This document shows positions 1 through 13,418 of a stretch of DNA of 64,000 bases, in pieces. Within the stretch, counting starts at the first letter, position 1, and each line of letters starts with the position of its first letter. The stretch lies in NCBI RefSeq assembly GCF_009914755.1, contig NC_060931.1; one strand, given 5' to 3'. Made by a program: the position numbers and the translations under genes. The notes beneath the pieces were generated by a model. The model had not been told where the DNA came from and ran no database searches. It was given only the letters and a program-made list of their open reading frames with translations. The stretch is from the human T2T-CHM13v2.0 reference genome, Homo sapiens.

Positions 1-2040
1 CAGGGACAGCAACTACCCCAGGGAACACTGACACGACTGCCGTCCCCCGCAGCCACACCTGCCAGGACCACAGACCCACGGGGAGACCAGGACCATGTGC
101 TCCTCTCTGTGCTGAAGACAGGGCGTTTGTAATCACTTGCCCACATTGGAACGGATTCAAGGCCGGCTCCTTTCTGAGTATAGAAGCAGAATGTTGCGCT
201 CACACATCAAAGCCAGCGCTCCCCTAACAGGCCCAGATTGAAGGCAGCTGCGGAGGGCTCCATTCCAGGACGGCAACCACTGCTAGAGATAAATGCGGCT
301 TAAGTCAACATTTTTGGGGTTTTTTAACCAGGCGGCGGGGGGATAGAAAAGGCAGGGGCAGGGGTGGAAAAGAGAGTGCCGCAATACATCATTTTCCCAG
401 CTAAAAGAGAATGTTTCAGAGGCTGCCAAACCTTCCTTAACTCCTCAAAGCACTGGACAGCTCTGAAGACTAAAGCCCTGGTGGGAATGCGGCTGGGACT
501 CAGCCTTTCACCCGCCAGGCGGCGTCCAGTCCAGGGACCTGAGCCAGGCACTGCTGACCGCAGGCAAGAGCGAAGACTGCCTGGAGTAATAGCTCACCAA
601 TGCAGCACACCGGCCTCCATGCCAAAGAGGGGCTGAGGAGGGCTGCAGAGTGGAAGAGAGGAGGGAAATTCAACAAGGATGAGTTTTCTATCCAAAGGTG
701 ACTACTCTTTCTGGGGAACACCTTCTCAAAAGGACCCAAGCCTGGGGATTCTGCAGAACTTTGATGGCAGAGGTGGTGATGGCAGCCTCGTGTCTCACAG
801 GGAGAACTTGGAAACCCTGCAGGAGTGCAGCAATAAGATCAAACGCACTTTGGAAGCCCCTCTAAGGGAATCCAGTGTGCTCAGTGAGAAGGACATGGGA
901 AGAAAGTTTAAAGATGTGCACAGATGCTCAAGGAGGTGGGTTAAGTGAAAAACTCAGGCTATAAAACAATGCACAGGCTGATCCTACTATGAGAAATTAC
1001 ATGATATTTAGAAATCATGCCAAAAATACACCAATGACGAGTGCTTCATCTCTAGACAGTAAGATGGCGGTAATTATTCCTTCTTTTTGATAATTTACAT
1101 CTTCAAAAAATATTGATACAAGCTTAAATGTATGTAAAAGAAAGAAAGAAAAGCATAAAACTCATTCCATTGAATCAGGTACCCCAGACACGCCAGACAG
1201 CACGTGGGGATGGAGGGTCAGGAGGAGGGGATGCAGATTTGAGGAAAGGCTCCGTGCTTGTCTGTAACTCAGGAGCTGGAATTCTCAAGAATACTCAGGC
1301 AGTGGTTCAAGGGAAGGTTGCTGAGATCCAGTTTTGGGAGAGGACTCAGATTCTGTGTGGCGGGTTCTGGGCTAAGCATCCGGATACCAGTCCTGAGCTC
1401 GCTCTGAGTCCTCCCCTGTCACTCCACCTCCCTGGGGGTGCTCATGGGCTTCAGATATCATCGAGGCTGCAAGGGATGAACCAGGCACTGGGAGGAGGCT
1501 GCACTGTCACCCACTATATCCCTGAGGAGTCTGGGCATGACTCTGCCCATAAAGGGGGTCTCTGCTGCTTTATGAAGCCTGGAAGCAGTAATGACAAAGC
1601 TGTGAATCTGGCTGCAAAGTGTACCTGGCTGCCTTGGCGCCCTATCCGACTCCTCACCCTCCTGTCTGGGAACCACTCTTTCCCGGGTGTCCTTCCCACT
1701 CTGCCCTGTCCTTCTCAGTTTCTTTCCAGAACTCCTATGCACCCACTCCCAACTGGCTCCATCTTTTGCATGGCAATGCCAGACCTTCTCTACTCGCCCC
1801 TAGACCCAACTCTCGGTGACACAGAGTCCCGAGTGCATGCCCAGACCATCACCTGCATGGCTCCACCACCTCCAACCACACAATCCACAGCAGTCTCCCA
1901 CCTGCTCACACCACTGGCTCAGAAGATGCTGCATGAAAAATACACCAATGGGAATTGTGATTTGTAATGTCAGGGCCTTAGATATTTAAAGTTCAAATTG
2001 CTTCTCTAATCATTCATTCAAGAAACACGCATTGAGTATC

Positions 2041-2393
2041 TGCTATGGACTGAATATTTGTGTCCCCTAAGATTCATATGTCAAAACCTAATCCCCAGAG
2101 TGATGGTATTAGGAGGCAGGACCTTTGGCGGTGCTCAGAGCATAAGGGTGGAACCCCTATAAGTGGGATTGATGCCCTCAGAAAGGAGGCTCCAAGGAGC
2201 TCCCTCTCCTCACCACCACATGGAGACACAAGAAGGCAGGAGTTGGCAACCAGATGACAGCCCTCACCAGAATCCGCCAGGCTGGCTGCCTGATCTTGGA
2301 CTTCCCAGCCTCTCAAAGTAGGAGAAATACACGCTTGTTGTTTAAGACACCCAGGTTATGGTCATCTGTCAAGGCAGCGTGAATGGGCTGAGA
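2041..2393 (+). mobile_element. MaLR solo LTR (MLT1A/MLT1A0-like)
   Basis: Starts TGCTATGGACTGAATATTTGTGTCCC and contains the typical ...ATCTTGGACTTCCCAGCCTC...TTGTTTAAG segment. Confidence 0.8.
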
Positions 2394-4656
2394 GGGCCTC
2401 AAAGTAAAGAAGTATCTCCCTCTGCATCTTCAGGAGACACTGCGGTGGCTGAGAGTCTTTAAGACTGAATTCTGTCTATTTCACCCAGTGATAACGGCAA
2501 GTCCTCCACATGTATGGATCTATACACACACGCTCACACACATAATTCCACAGATTCTCCGTAAAGTTTCATGTAACCCCTAAAGGATGGTGAACACTCA
2601 ACTGATTTTCTGTCTATATGTTTTCTACATAAAATCAACGTAGGTCCTTCACCACCTGTGAGTGACATGCTGCAGGCACCCAGCTTTCAGTTCCCTGGTT
2701 GTGACATGGGAAGGATAAAGCCTGCCCCGCAGGCAGGTCACAGGCTTAGCTGGGAGCCAGCTTGGGGACAAGAGCGGGGCACCCAATGAGGGACTGAGCA
2801 CAGAGCTGCCCTCCAGAGCATGCTCCTCACAGGAGCTGGGGCTCCTCCACACTGTCCACCGGACTTCACTGCTCCCCTCTTACGGCATTGGCACAGAGAA
2901 CACCCACCTGTGTTTTAGAACCCCTGCCTCCCTCATGGTCAATAACCCTCCAGGCTCGCCCCTCCCTTGGCAAGCAAGGAACCTCCCAGCATCACGAGAA
3001 TGACCTTTCCACAACTCGCCTCCCTGTTCTCCATGAGACTCGGCACAGCCACTGATTCATCACCTCAGGACAGAGCGCTGCTCACTGGCTCCCATGCAGC
3101 AAGGGACCTCTCTGGTAAAATCCACTCGCCTCAGCCTGGAATTTAGGATGCTAAGTCAGCTGTCCTCAGAGTCCCCATCCAGCTCTCCAAATTAGCCCCT
3201 TTCCCCATCTTGCCTTGCGATGATTATTTACACACTTCACCAGCCACCGCTTCACCCTTCTCTCCTCCAGTGGAAAACATCACCATGTGATGGACAGAAT
3301 ATAGCTATGCAGATGCAAACAGACGTTACTGGAAAAAGAGCTCTGTGATCAAAAAGTTTGATAACTGTTGTTTGATAAATCTTATGAAATTATTCTCACA
3401 GCTTTAAGATTCCAGTGTGCACTGTGATCTTTTGAAAGACAATGTATCATTTTGCAAGAGTTTTCAGCTACATTTCTTTTAACGTGCTGGTTATCTGGAA
3501 GGACTGGTGTGCTGAATAATTCACACCAGCAAAGAACACTCTGTTTACTTTACAGGCCAGAGCAAAGCTCTCCCCGTCCACAACTTGCCCACTAGCCCCA
3601 GATTTCATCTGTGTTTTAATGTCCTTACCATCAACATTCCATCTGTGGGTCTCCACCTCTGGTCTAGGTGTATTTGGGTTGCAACAATTCCTTGAGTTGA
3701 AATTCCATCCCACAAGGCCTATGAAGGAGCAAGCTTTTCCCCAGGACAACAGAGAGGAGCCATGTGCTGCCCTGGGACACACAATTGGTGTCCTTTCTCA
3801 CTAACCACAGACACCCCCTTCCTGGAGTCATGGGAAGCTCAGCGATCCACAAAGATGAGGCGCTACTGCAGTTCTTTCCACAACACTTGCTTTTAGCTAT
3901 TTTACATCTGGATGTAACTAATCTGACAAAAAGTGTTTTAATTTCTTTCCCAAAGCAAGTCTGATTCTCAATCGGTGGTTGAAAAAGACAAGGGATCAGC
4001 ATGACATGCTAGGAAAAGCCTCAATTCCCCTCCTTTGAAATCAGCCTCCAGTTGTGTCTTGTGGAGATTCCAGCACACAGCTGCCCCTTCCTTCCTTTCC
4101 TCCTTCACGCTCCTAGCTATGACCCAATGTGCATATTACACAGGTGAACAGAGGACATGTTTGGGTGAGACGGTTTCACGAAAACAGAGATTTAAATGAT
4201 ACAGCCATAAATCGGGAACACTAGACTAACAAGCAAACAGAAATTAAAACAAGATGTCTGTTGCATGTGGGGCCGTACAACAGTAGCTAGTTTGGCTGTG
4301 GCCAGCGCTTGGCATCCCCATATGCAAAACGGAAGGGACGGAAGAAGGGGGAACGGTCCCTGGCATTATACATACACACAAGTTCAGGCCAAGGAGCTCC
4401 TGGATATAACTTCACTGACAGCTCATCCACCCGTTACAGCTTCACAAAAAGCCCTGACCCAAACTCACCATGCCTTATTCTCACGAAGACCCTCAAAACT
4501 CACAACTGTGTCACACGAAGGTGTGATTCTGGACCTCTGAGAAAACAGGGGAAATTTTTTCTTCTTAGCAGACTGCAAAATACTTCAGATATTTGAGTGG
4601 GCTGTCTTCCCTGTGCCCTTTGCCTCCATAACTGCACACAAGATGAACACACGCAC

Positions 4657-4761
4657 CTTCTCCATCTGCACTGAGGTTCTCGTACGAGTCCCAGCGTATC
4701 AGTGGGTCTGTTGTGTTGTAGTCCACAATCACACCGTGGTCGTTGTACAAGTGTTCGGACC
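4657..4761 (-). CDS. TNS3: TNS3 exon, aa 307-342
   Basis: ctgtgcag|GGTCCGAAC...GGAGAAG|gtgcgt; (G)SEHLYNDHGVIVDYNTTDPLIRWDSYENLSADGE; 105 nt. Confidence 0.96.
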
Positions 4762-5459
4762 CTGCACAGAGCACAGGCAGCAACATTAGTCCCAGTGAAA
4801 CCCATCACCTCCATCCACCCGACTCCACCATAAGGACAGGTGAGCAGCCTGACTTGAGCAGGAGAGAGAAGCCTCTCCATCCTCCACCCTCCTGCCAGGA
4901 GCCACAACACTAATCAGAGACTGTGGAGGATTTTCCACAACTAGAACCATAGTTAAAGCCACGAGGGGGAAGGGATAAGTAAGCACTGATCTTTCGTCCA
5001 CTGTGAACCAGGCTTGGACACTTCTGCAAAACGAGTCTTCAGACCACCTCACTGATGAGGACACAGAGGCCCGGTAAGCTGTCTCTGAGCCTCAGAGTCC
5101 ACAGATTTGAATCCAGGCTCCAGGCTCTCAGATCCACACTCCTCCCTTCAAGTCTTTTTAGGAATACCAAGGGGATTTTTAACACACAAGCCATGTATTT
5201 AAAGGTTTTTGCCTAAATCTATGACAATGAACATAGAAAAAGCATGATTATTTCCACAGCTATTAAAAAGGGAAACAAAACTCCCATGCATGTGGATCTT
5301 GGTGATGGATCTGGACAATTCACCTTGATGAAAAAGGGACTGGTTTCTTTTGAAATATATTTTTTAGGGAAAAAAATTGTTTCGCACATAATACTTGCAG
5401 CCTACTATACTTCTAATTCTCTTTTTAAAATGCTGGTTACTTTGGGGTTAATGATGAAA

Positions 5460-8010
5460 TCATGATGGAAATTTAAAAATTCCTTGAAATGAATGATAAT
5501 AGTGACACAAGTTATCAAAACCTCTGGGATACAGCAAAGCAAGTGTTAAGAGGAAAGTTTATAGCACTAAATGCCTACATCAAAAAGTCTGAAAGATCAC
5601 ATATTGACAACCTCATGTCACACCTCAAGGAACTAGAGAAGCAAGAATAAACTAAACACAAAGCTAGTAGAAGAAAATGAAAAACAAAAATCAGTGCAGA
5701 ACTAAATGAAATTGAAACAAAATACAAAAGATCAATGAAACAAAAAGCTGGTATTTTGAAAAGATAAACAAAACTGATAGACCATTAGCTAGATTAACCA
5801 AGAAGAGAGAAGATTCAAATAAATTCAATTAGAAATGAAACGAAACATTACAACCAGCACGAAAGATCATTCAAGACTATTATGAACACCTTTATGTATA
5901 TAAACTACAAAACTGAGAGGAAATTGGTCAATTCCTGGACACAGACAACCCTCCTCGATTAAATCAGGAAGAAATAGAAACCCTGAACAGACTAGTAAAA
6001 AGCAGTGAAAATGAATCAATAATTTTTTTAATGCCAATAAAAAAGAGCCCAGGGCCAGATGGATTCACAGCTGAATTCTACCATCCATTCAAAGAAGAAC
6101 TGGTGCCAATCCTACTGAACAATTCCAAAAGACTGAGAAAGAGGAATTGTCCCTAACTAACTCATTCTATGAAGCCAGTATCACCCTGATACCAAAACTA
6201 GGAAAGAATATAACAAACAAAAAAAAAAAAAAAAGAAAATCACAGACAAATATCCCTGATGAACATAGATGCAAAAATCTTCAACAAAATACTAGCTAAC
6301 TGAATCTAACAGCACATTAAACAGATAATACACCATGATCAAGTGGATTTCATCCCAGGAAGCAGGGGTGATTTAACATATAGAAGTCAATAAATGTGAT
6401 ACACCATACAAACAGAATTAAAAACAAAAACCATATGTCATTTCAGTAGATGTGAAAAAGGCATTCGATAAAATCTAGCATCCCTTTATGATAAAAACAC
6501 TCAACAAACTAGGCATAGAAGGGACTTACCTCAAAATAATAAAAGCCATGTATGACAAACCCATAGCCAATGTCATACTGAATGGGGAAAGGTTGAAAGC
6601 ATTCCCCCTGAGAAGTGGAACAAGACAAGGATGCCTACCTTCACCACTTCTATTCAACATAGTACTGGCATAGTACTGCCAGAGCAATCAGCTAAGAGAA
6701 AGAAATAAAGGGCACCTAAATCGGAAAAGAGGAATTAAAACTGTTGCTATTTGCCAATGATATGATCATATACCTAGAAAACACTAAAGACTCCTCCAAA
6801 AGACTTCTAGATTTGATAAACGAATTCAGTAAAGTATCAGGTTTCAAAATCAATGTACACATATCTGTAGCACTGCTATACACCAACAATGACCAAACTG
6901 ACAATCAAATTAAGAACTCAATTCTTTTTACGACAGCTGAAAAAAAAAAAAAAAAAAACTAGAAATATACTTAATCAAAACGTGAAAGATCCATACGAGG
7001 AGAACTACAAAACACTGATGAAAGAAATCAGAAATGACACAAACAAGTGGAAACACATCCCATGCTCATGGATTGGAAGAATCAATATACTGAAAACAAC
7101 CATACTGTCCAAAGCAATCTACAGATTCAATGCAATTCCTATCAAAATACTAACATCATTCTTCACGAAATTGGAAAAAAAAAATCCTAAAATTCATATG
7201 GAACCAAAAAGGGGCCCAAATGGCCAAAGCAATCCTAAAAACAAAACAAAACAAAAATCTGGAGGCATCGCACTATTGGACTTCAAACTATACTAAAAGG
7301 CTATAGTTACCAAAACATCATGGTATAAAAGTAGACACACAGATCAATGGAACAGAATAGAGAATCCAGAAATACAACTGACTACAACTGATTGATCTTC
7401 AACAAAGCATACAAAAACATAAACTGGGGAAAGAATACCCTATTTAACAAATGGTGCTGGGAAAACTGGCTAGCCACATGTAGAAGAATAAGACTGGATC
7501 CCCATTTCTCACCTTATATTATAAAAATCAACTCAAGATGGATCCAAGATTTAAATCTAAGACCTGAAACCATAAAAAGTCTAGAAGACAACCTAGGAAA
7601 AACTCTTCTGGACATTTGCCTAGGCAAATAATCCATGACTAAGACCCCAAAAGCAAATGCAACAGAACAAAAATAAGTAAATGGGACCGAATTAAACTAA
7701 AAATCTTCTGTACCACAAAAGAAATAATCATCAGAGTAAACAGAACCCACAGAGTGAGACAGAATATTTGCAAACTATGCATCTGACAAAGAGCTAATAT
7801 CCAAAATCTTCAAGGAACTCGAACAAATCCTCAAAAAAAAAAAAACAAATAATCCCATCAAAAAGTGGGCAAATGATATGAACAGACATTTTTCAAAAGA
7901 TATACAAATGGCCAACAAACACATGAAAAAATGCTAAACATCACTAACCCCCAGAGAAATGCAAATTAAAACCACAATGCAATACCACCTTACTCCTACA
8001 AGAATGGCCA
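5460..8010 (+). mobile_element. L1 (L1PB/L1PA-type) ORF2 internal fragment, degenerate, antisense to TNS3
   Basis: ORF fragments match L1 ORF2 ([25 protein letters not shown]...[10 protein letters not shown]; [12 protein letters not shown]; [14 protein letters not shown]; [12 protein letters not shown]). Many stops and frameshifts; no 3' end or poly(A). Confidence 0.95.
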
Positions 8011-8251
8011 GTCATGCCCAAGGCTCTCCTGGCTGAGTGGTTGTGAGCAAGTCACGCCACTTCTGGGGCTTACTGACACAAGTGGGCCTTCTTGTTCCAC
8101 TATCCAATATCCTACATTTAAATAAAATTAATCACAGAAATCTCCAAATATGCACAAAGGCAGGAGACTAGTACTACAGCCCCAGCGTAGCCATCATGCA
8201 CCTTTCACCAGTGTCAGCAAGGACCACCCAGTATTCCACCAAGCTACCCAC

Positions 8252-8317
8252 CTTGAATCTTCTCAGGCGTGGCAGAGAAGACTAATTCAACCTTCCCATA
8301 GTCAGGAAAACGGTCAT
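8252..8317 (-). CDS. TNS3: TNS3 exon, aa 285-307
   Basis: tttttttcag|ATGACCG...ATTCAAG|gtgggt; (D)[21 protein letters not shown]; 66 nt. Confidence 0.95.
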
Positions 8318-8643
8318 CTGAAAAAAACAATGTATTTTAACACATTTGTGGAGACAATTAACCGGAAAAGTATGGACTGACTTTGTCCTTTATTCCAACC
8401 AGTACAGCACCACTCCCAAATCTGCAATAAAGACACCCCATGATACAGAAAGTATAGGCAGTTTCATTGGTTATCCATAATTTTTTTCCCCCAGGGATCA
8501 ATGATCATTTTCTCCTACTTTGGGAACAATTTTGTCAGTAGGCTGAATTTTGGAAAGAGGGTAAAGGGGATAGTGAAAGAATCAACCAAGGAGGTTCAAC
8601 CGCAGCTGCCCACAAGCACAGGGCCGCCAGCTCCGCGCCTCAC

Positions 8644-8773
8644 CTTTGCTGGCATTGTCCAGATCCTCCTTCCCAAACACCAGCCCGTAGCCCTGCACAG
8701 CCCCAGTGTGAAACTGCAGGCGGAAAATGACGTCACGGGTGGCCGAGCGGTATTTCTTGTGGTAGCATTTCAC
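8644..8773 (-). CDS. TNS3: TNS3 exon, aa 242-285 (C2 domain)
   Basis: taacccag|GTGAAATGC...AGCAAAG|gtgagg; [43 protein letters not shown]; 130 nt. Confidence 0.97.
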
Positions 8774-11700
8774 CTGGGTTAGAGAGACAAAACAAAACAA
8801 AGTAGCTGCAGCGGGGGACACACGTTCCCGGCAAGGAACACACTCCGCGGAGGCCGGCACAGCAGGGCCTCCCCTCTGGACTCTGGCTGGGAGTTCACGC
8901 TTTGGAGTGGAACTTCAGCCCTGGGGCACAGGCGCCTGCAGACAGCTGGGGTGCAGGCAGAGGCACCACACTGCTGCTGCTGGGTGCGGGGCTCCACTGG
9001 AGGCTTCAATGTGTTCCCTGTGCTGCTCCTGTGGAACCGCAGCTCTGAACACCACTATCGCTAGTCCTCAGAGAGGTCACACCTAAACCCTTTCAGACCA
9101 CGTGAATGTGCCCTGTTTTGGAACACATCCGAAAAATAGAATTCCATGGTCTCTTTTTTCTAGACTTTAACAACTGATTGTGATAGCTTTTCTTTGATCT
9201 CAATGCTCCATGTTGCAACTTAAAGCTTTTTGTTTTCCAAAAAGCAGCAGCCGGTCATTACTGTGTGTACTATCCTAAATGATTATGTGCATGCTGTAAT
9301 TTAGAGACAGAGATACAAAGAAGGAGGAAGGGAGAGAGGGAGACAGAGAGGGTGTTGGCATTTAGACAAGTGTTCAGAATCACCCTGATGTGATCTGAAC
9401 TCAAGCTGGGGTTCATGAGGTCCCCAGGGTGCAGCTCAAGCACCCTAAATGATTGTGCCAATGAGCCAAAGGGTAGAGCAAGCCCCTCCTTGCAGATGCT
9501 TGGCATGTGGGGAACGGTGGGCAGAGCAGGAGCCTGAGTGTCCTGACCTGCCTGTATAACTAGGTCCCCCCTGCTTCTTGTGACCGTGCGCAGCACTGGC
9601 ATCATTGGAAGGGTTCTCAGGCCACAGCTGGGGGAGCTGCAGGGACAGGGATACCCCTCACTCAGAGATCAGGGGCAGGACCACCAGGTAGTGGCACTTT
9701 CCCAAATCCCCAGAAGGCCGAAGGCCCTGGACAGGCTGGATTCTGCTCTCAGACCAAATCGTGCACAGGCAGGTACCTCCCCAACCCCGAGGCTGTGGGG
9801 TAGTGACTACCAGAGACAGCCACGTTCCCATAAAAGAGACTTTTCTTGGAGAAAGATGGCTTTAAAATATCACATGCCTCACAACAGTAAATGAGAAGCC
9901 ACCGCAGCAGGTATGATCCGGACCAGCATGCGGGAGAATTCTGCAGGGAGGGTCTTCCCTAACCAGATGAACATCCACCAGAGGAACAAAAAGCCCAGAA
10001 ACCCAGCCCAGGAGGCAGGGAGCTGTGACTCCAGGCAGACCCAGAAGATGTTTACCTTTGTGCTATCTACAAGGAAAGGGACGGGTAAATAAACCAAAAA
10101 AATATAATTAAGACTGTGGAAGGATGTTCCCTGTTGACAAACATGACTGGGTCTCCCTTGTACGGCCTGGCGCTGGCCAGCGGTGCTGTAAACATGGGGC
10201 TCAGACTCAGGCCTGGCCTCCAGGGGCCCAGGAACCAGGGCGTTTGCAAGTAGAAAACTGGCATTGTGAAGAAATGTTGCCTCAATTTGCTTTCCAACAG
10301 CCAATGGCACGTTGGCCACAAATCTACCACCTCTGTCCGAGACTGACTTCTCAGCAAGACTCAATCAAAGGCTGCCCTTGCAGGGATCCTTCCAGGATGT
10401 TCTGAGAGTATCTGGGCCCCTCCTTTGAGCTCCCCATGCCCCACACTCACTACACTGACCACCCATCAAATGCTTCAACCTGGGGCATATTGTAGAGATC
10501 CCCAGAGGGAGGTCCTTCTGGCCAAGGGTAAATCCACACATGCACCCCCATTGATAGAGATGATAGCACCCACCTTTCCCTGTCTGCCTTCAAATGTGCC
10601 TGTCTGCCTCCACTAGTGCCTTGCAAATGGGGAGTGAAAAGTGGTTAGGGAAGGGAAAAGGAAAAGAGATGCCCCAATTCAAGCCAGTCTTGCTCTCAAA
10701 TTTTATAAATATTTAAGGGAACCAGAGATTTAAAAAAATAAAAACAACAACACGATGTCAGCTGATAGCTCACGCAGCCTGTGCTGCCATGGGCGCCAAC
10801 ATTTGCCCACAGGAGTCAGGAAACTCCTCAGGAGGCAGCTGTGGGCTCAGTCCTGGCAGGCAGGGAGTGTCCTGGGTGAAAACAGAGGGAGCTGCGGGCT
10901 CCAGTACGGGCCACATAAGGGGCACAGTGGAATATCCCCAACCGCAGCTCACCGTGCCCCTCCCGTCAGTACCGCCCCGCCCAGCGCAGGGCCTCCTTCC
11001 AGGCCAGGTCCTGCCCTCCCTCTTCAGGAATCCAGGATGCTCCCCCAGGTCCCCCCACTGCTCCTCATAGCAGCTACACACAAACACACTGCTCCTCCCG
11101 CAGCAATCCCAGCTCCCTCCACATACCAGAAGGGAGGAGAAGGCAGGCCACGGTGCCCAGGAGGTACAGAGTGGCAGGAGATGGGAATCGGCCTGTCCCA
11201 AACAGGTTCCTCTCCAGGCCCCATATGATTCTCCTGTAAGATTCCTATTTTTCACAGCACAAGCTTTCAAATACTCCTAAGGCTCCACAGTGAAAGAAAG
11301 AGCGGTCTATCCCACTGGCAGAGAACAACTGCTGCCTGAAATCACGTGGCCCTCCCTTCAGGGGTTTCTCTGTGTATTTTAATGCTAACTTTGTTTGCTG
11401 GCTTGAGATCCTAACGGCCTCATCATACACAATCCCTGTTTCATATTAAACCTCTTTCCTCTTGATTAATGGAGGTAAACACCACCCTCCCCAGTCCTCC
11501 TGACCAAATCATGAACTGACTCCAGCTTCTTCTGAAAGACACGGAAAACCACAGGATTTTCCCTAACTCGGGGCTCCCAGCAACCACCATCAACACAGCA
11601 GGTCAGATCTTGAGACAAAATCCACTCACCAACCAGGAGCCCTCCATAGTGTGCAATAATTATGCATTATCTACATCAACAAATCTTTTTAGGAGCAATG

Positions 11701-12463
11701 GCAAGAGATCAGAATTATGCTTGTAATACTTAACAGAAAGAACAATCAACATGGTACTTGGTACGAGGGCCCCCAAATGCCTCCCTTTAAGATATAATAG
11801 TAATGCAAACATTTCGTAAAGATTAGACTGATTCAAGTCTATAATTTTCCCTTCATCCCTCCGGCTTTAACTTTATTTACCTGGGTCTCCCCAGAGTGTT
11901 TCTAGAATATGTTGATCCTTTGCCTTCAGATTTTAGAATATCTGCATTTAAAATAACAACTCAAAGATGTGCAGTCACAATTTTGTAGCATAGAAAAATG
12001 AAATAAGAAATAGCAAGCACCACAACAAAGGCTGCGCACAGCCTGTCACCATGCTATCATAGAGCCAACCACAAAAGTACGTGGGTGTGATGTTGACATC
12101 ACAAATCGCTGGGAGCACTCAGATCTTGAGAAAGTTGCAGCCTCTTTAGACTTTAAATTCTCTGACTGCAAAATGAGTATTATGATATTGACCTGGCTAT
12201 GTTGTTATAAAGATTAAATTAGCACTACATATTAATATAATTCATTATCCAATAATGATATGCTATATTTATATGAATATATTATTTAAAGGGCATAAGC
12301 TTCTAGAGAGAGGGCACTTGGTACTCAAAAACATATAGGGTGAATGATGATCTCAATGGGAAGGCCTGTAAGCACTCTTGCTTTCTTTTAGTCTGATGAG
12401 GCAATTCAGAAACCATCGCCAAAATTTATTTTCTAATAGTGGTATAAAAATATGCCTGTGCCC

Positions 12464-12838
<375 letters not shown>

Positions 12839-13388
12839 TCATTTGCTCCTGGAGTACACCAAGTCGAAGGCAGACACATGGAATTCTCAAAGAAGTTATC
12901 CCTCAATCCAGTGTTTAAAGACACTGATGACTTGCTTAACTTTAGGCCACATAAGTGTATTTTTATTTCAAACTCTCCATCAACAAGAGAAAAAGCACCA
13001 TGTACCAAGAGAGTCAAGGCTTAAGGTATCAGCCCCAGGAATGCCAGTCCCCAATTCAGAAGTCAGCCCTCAGGTTCCTATCATCCCCCAATGCCAGCCG
13101 TTGCTGGGCAGCTCCTATTCAGCTCTGCTTCCCCTAAATTTACTAAGCAAAAGAGCAGAACCCTCAAAGCATCCCTAACAGAAAAGAGTAACATTCTCAC
13201 TCAATGCTCCACTGGTGGCCCAGGCAACTGTCTACGCAGGCCTCAAGGAATCTGTGAACTCAGAGAATGAGTTACAACCGCATATTTGGAGGGTAAAAAG
13301 TTAGATAGCTAAGCCCCATAGGTCAAAGACTTAAGTCAGGCAGGGCCAACACTAACCATGATTTCTTCATTTGGAGCTGAAAATGACT

Positions 13389-13418
13389 TCAGATGTTCGC
13401 AATATTGTAATTCATGAC
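13389..13418 (-). CDS. Candidate coding part of an alternative terminal exon of TNS3 (VMNYNIANI-stop)
   Basis: Acceptor tttacccacctttcaattgctttag|GTC ATG AAT TAC AAT ATT GCG AAC ATC TGA, in phase with the phase-0 donor at 19586. An AATAAA lies at 12967-12962 on the minus strand. Confidence 0.4.
   Translation of the reverse strand, partial: VMNYNIANI

Noticed and set aside
1128-1967. 279-aa plus-strand ORF
   Set aside because: Antisense intronic, with no recognisable domain and a composition typical of translated GC-rich non-coding DNA. I cannot support it as a gene without Ribo-seq or conservation data.
6488-7631. Reverse-transcriptase-like ORFs as a possible new RT system
   Set aside because: These are broken pieces of an ordinary L1 ORF2, with the catalytic FADD mutated to FAND and many frameshifts.
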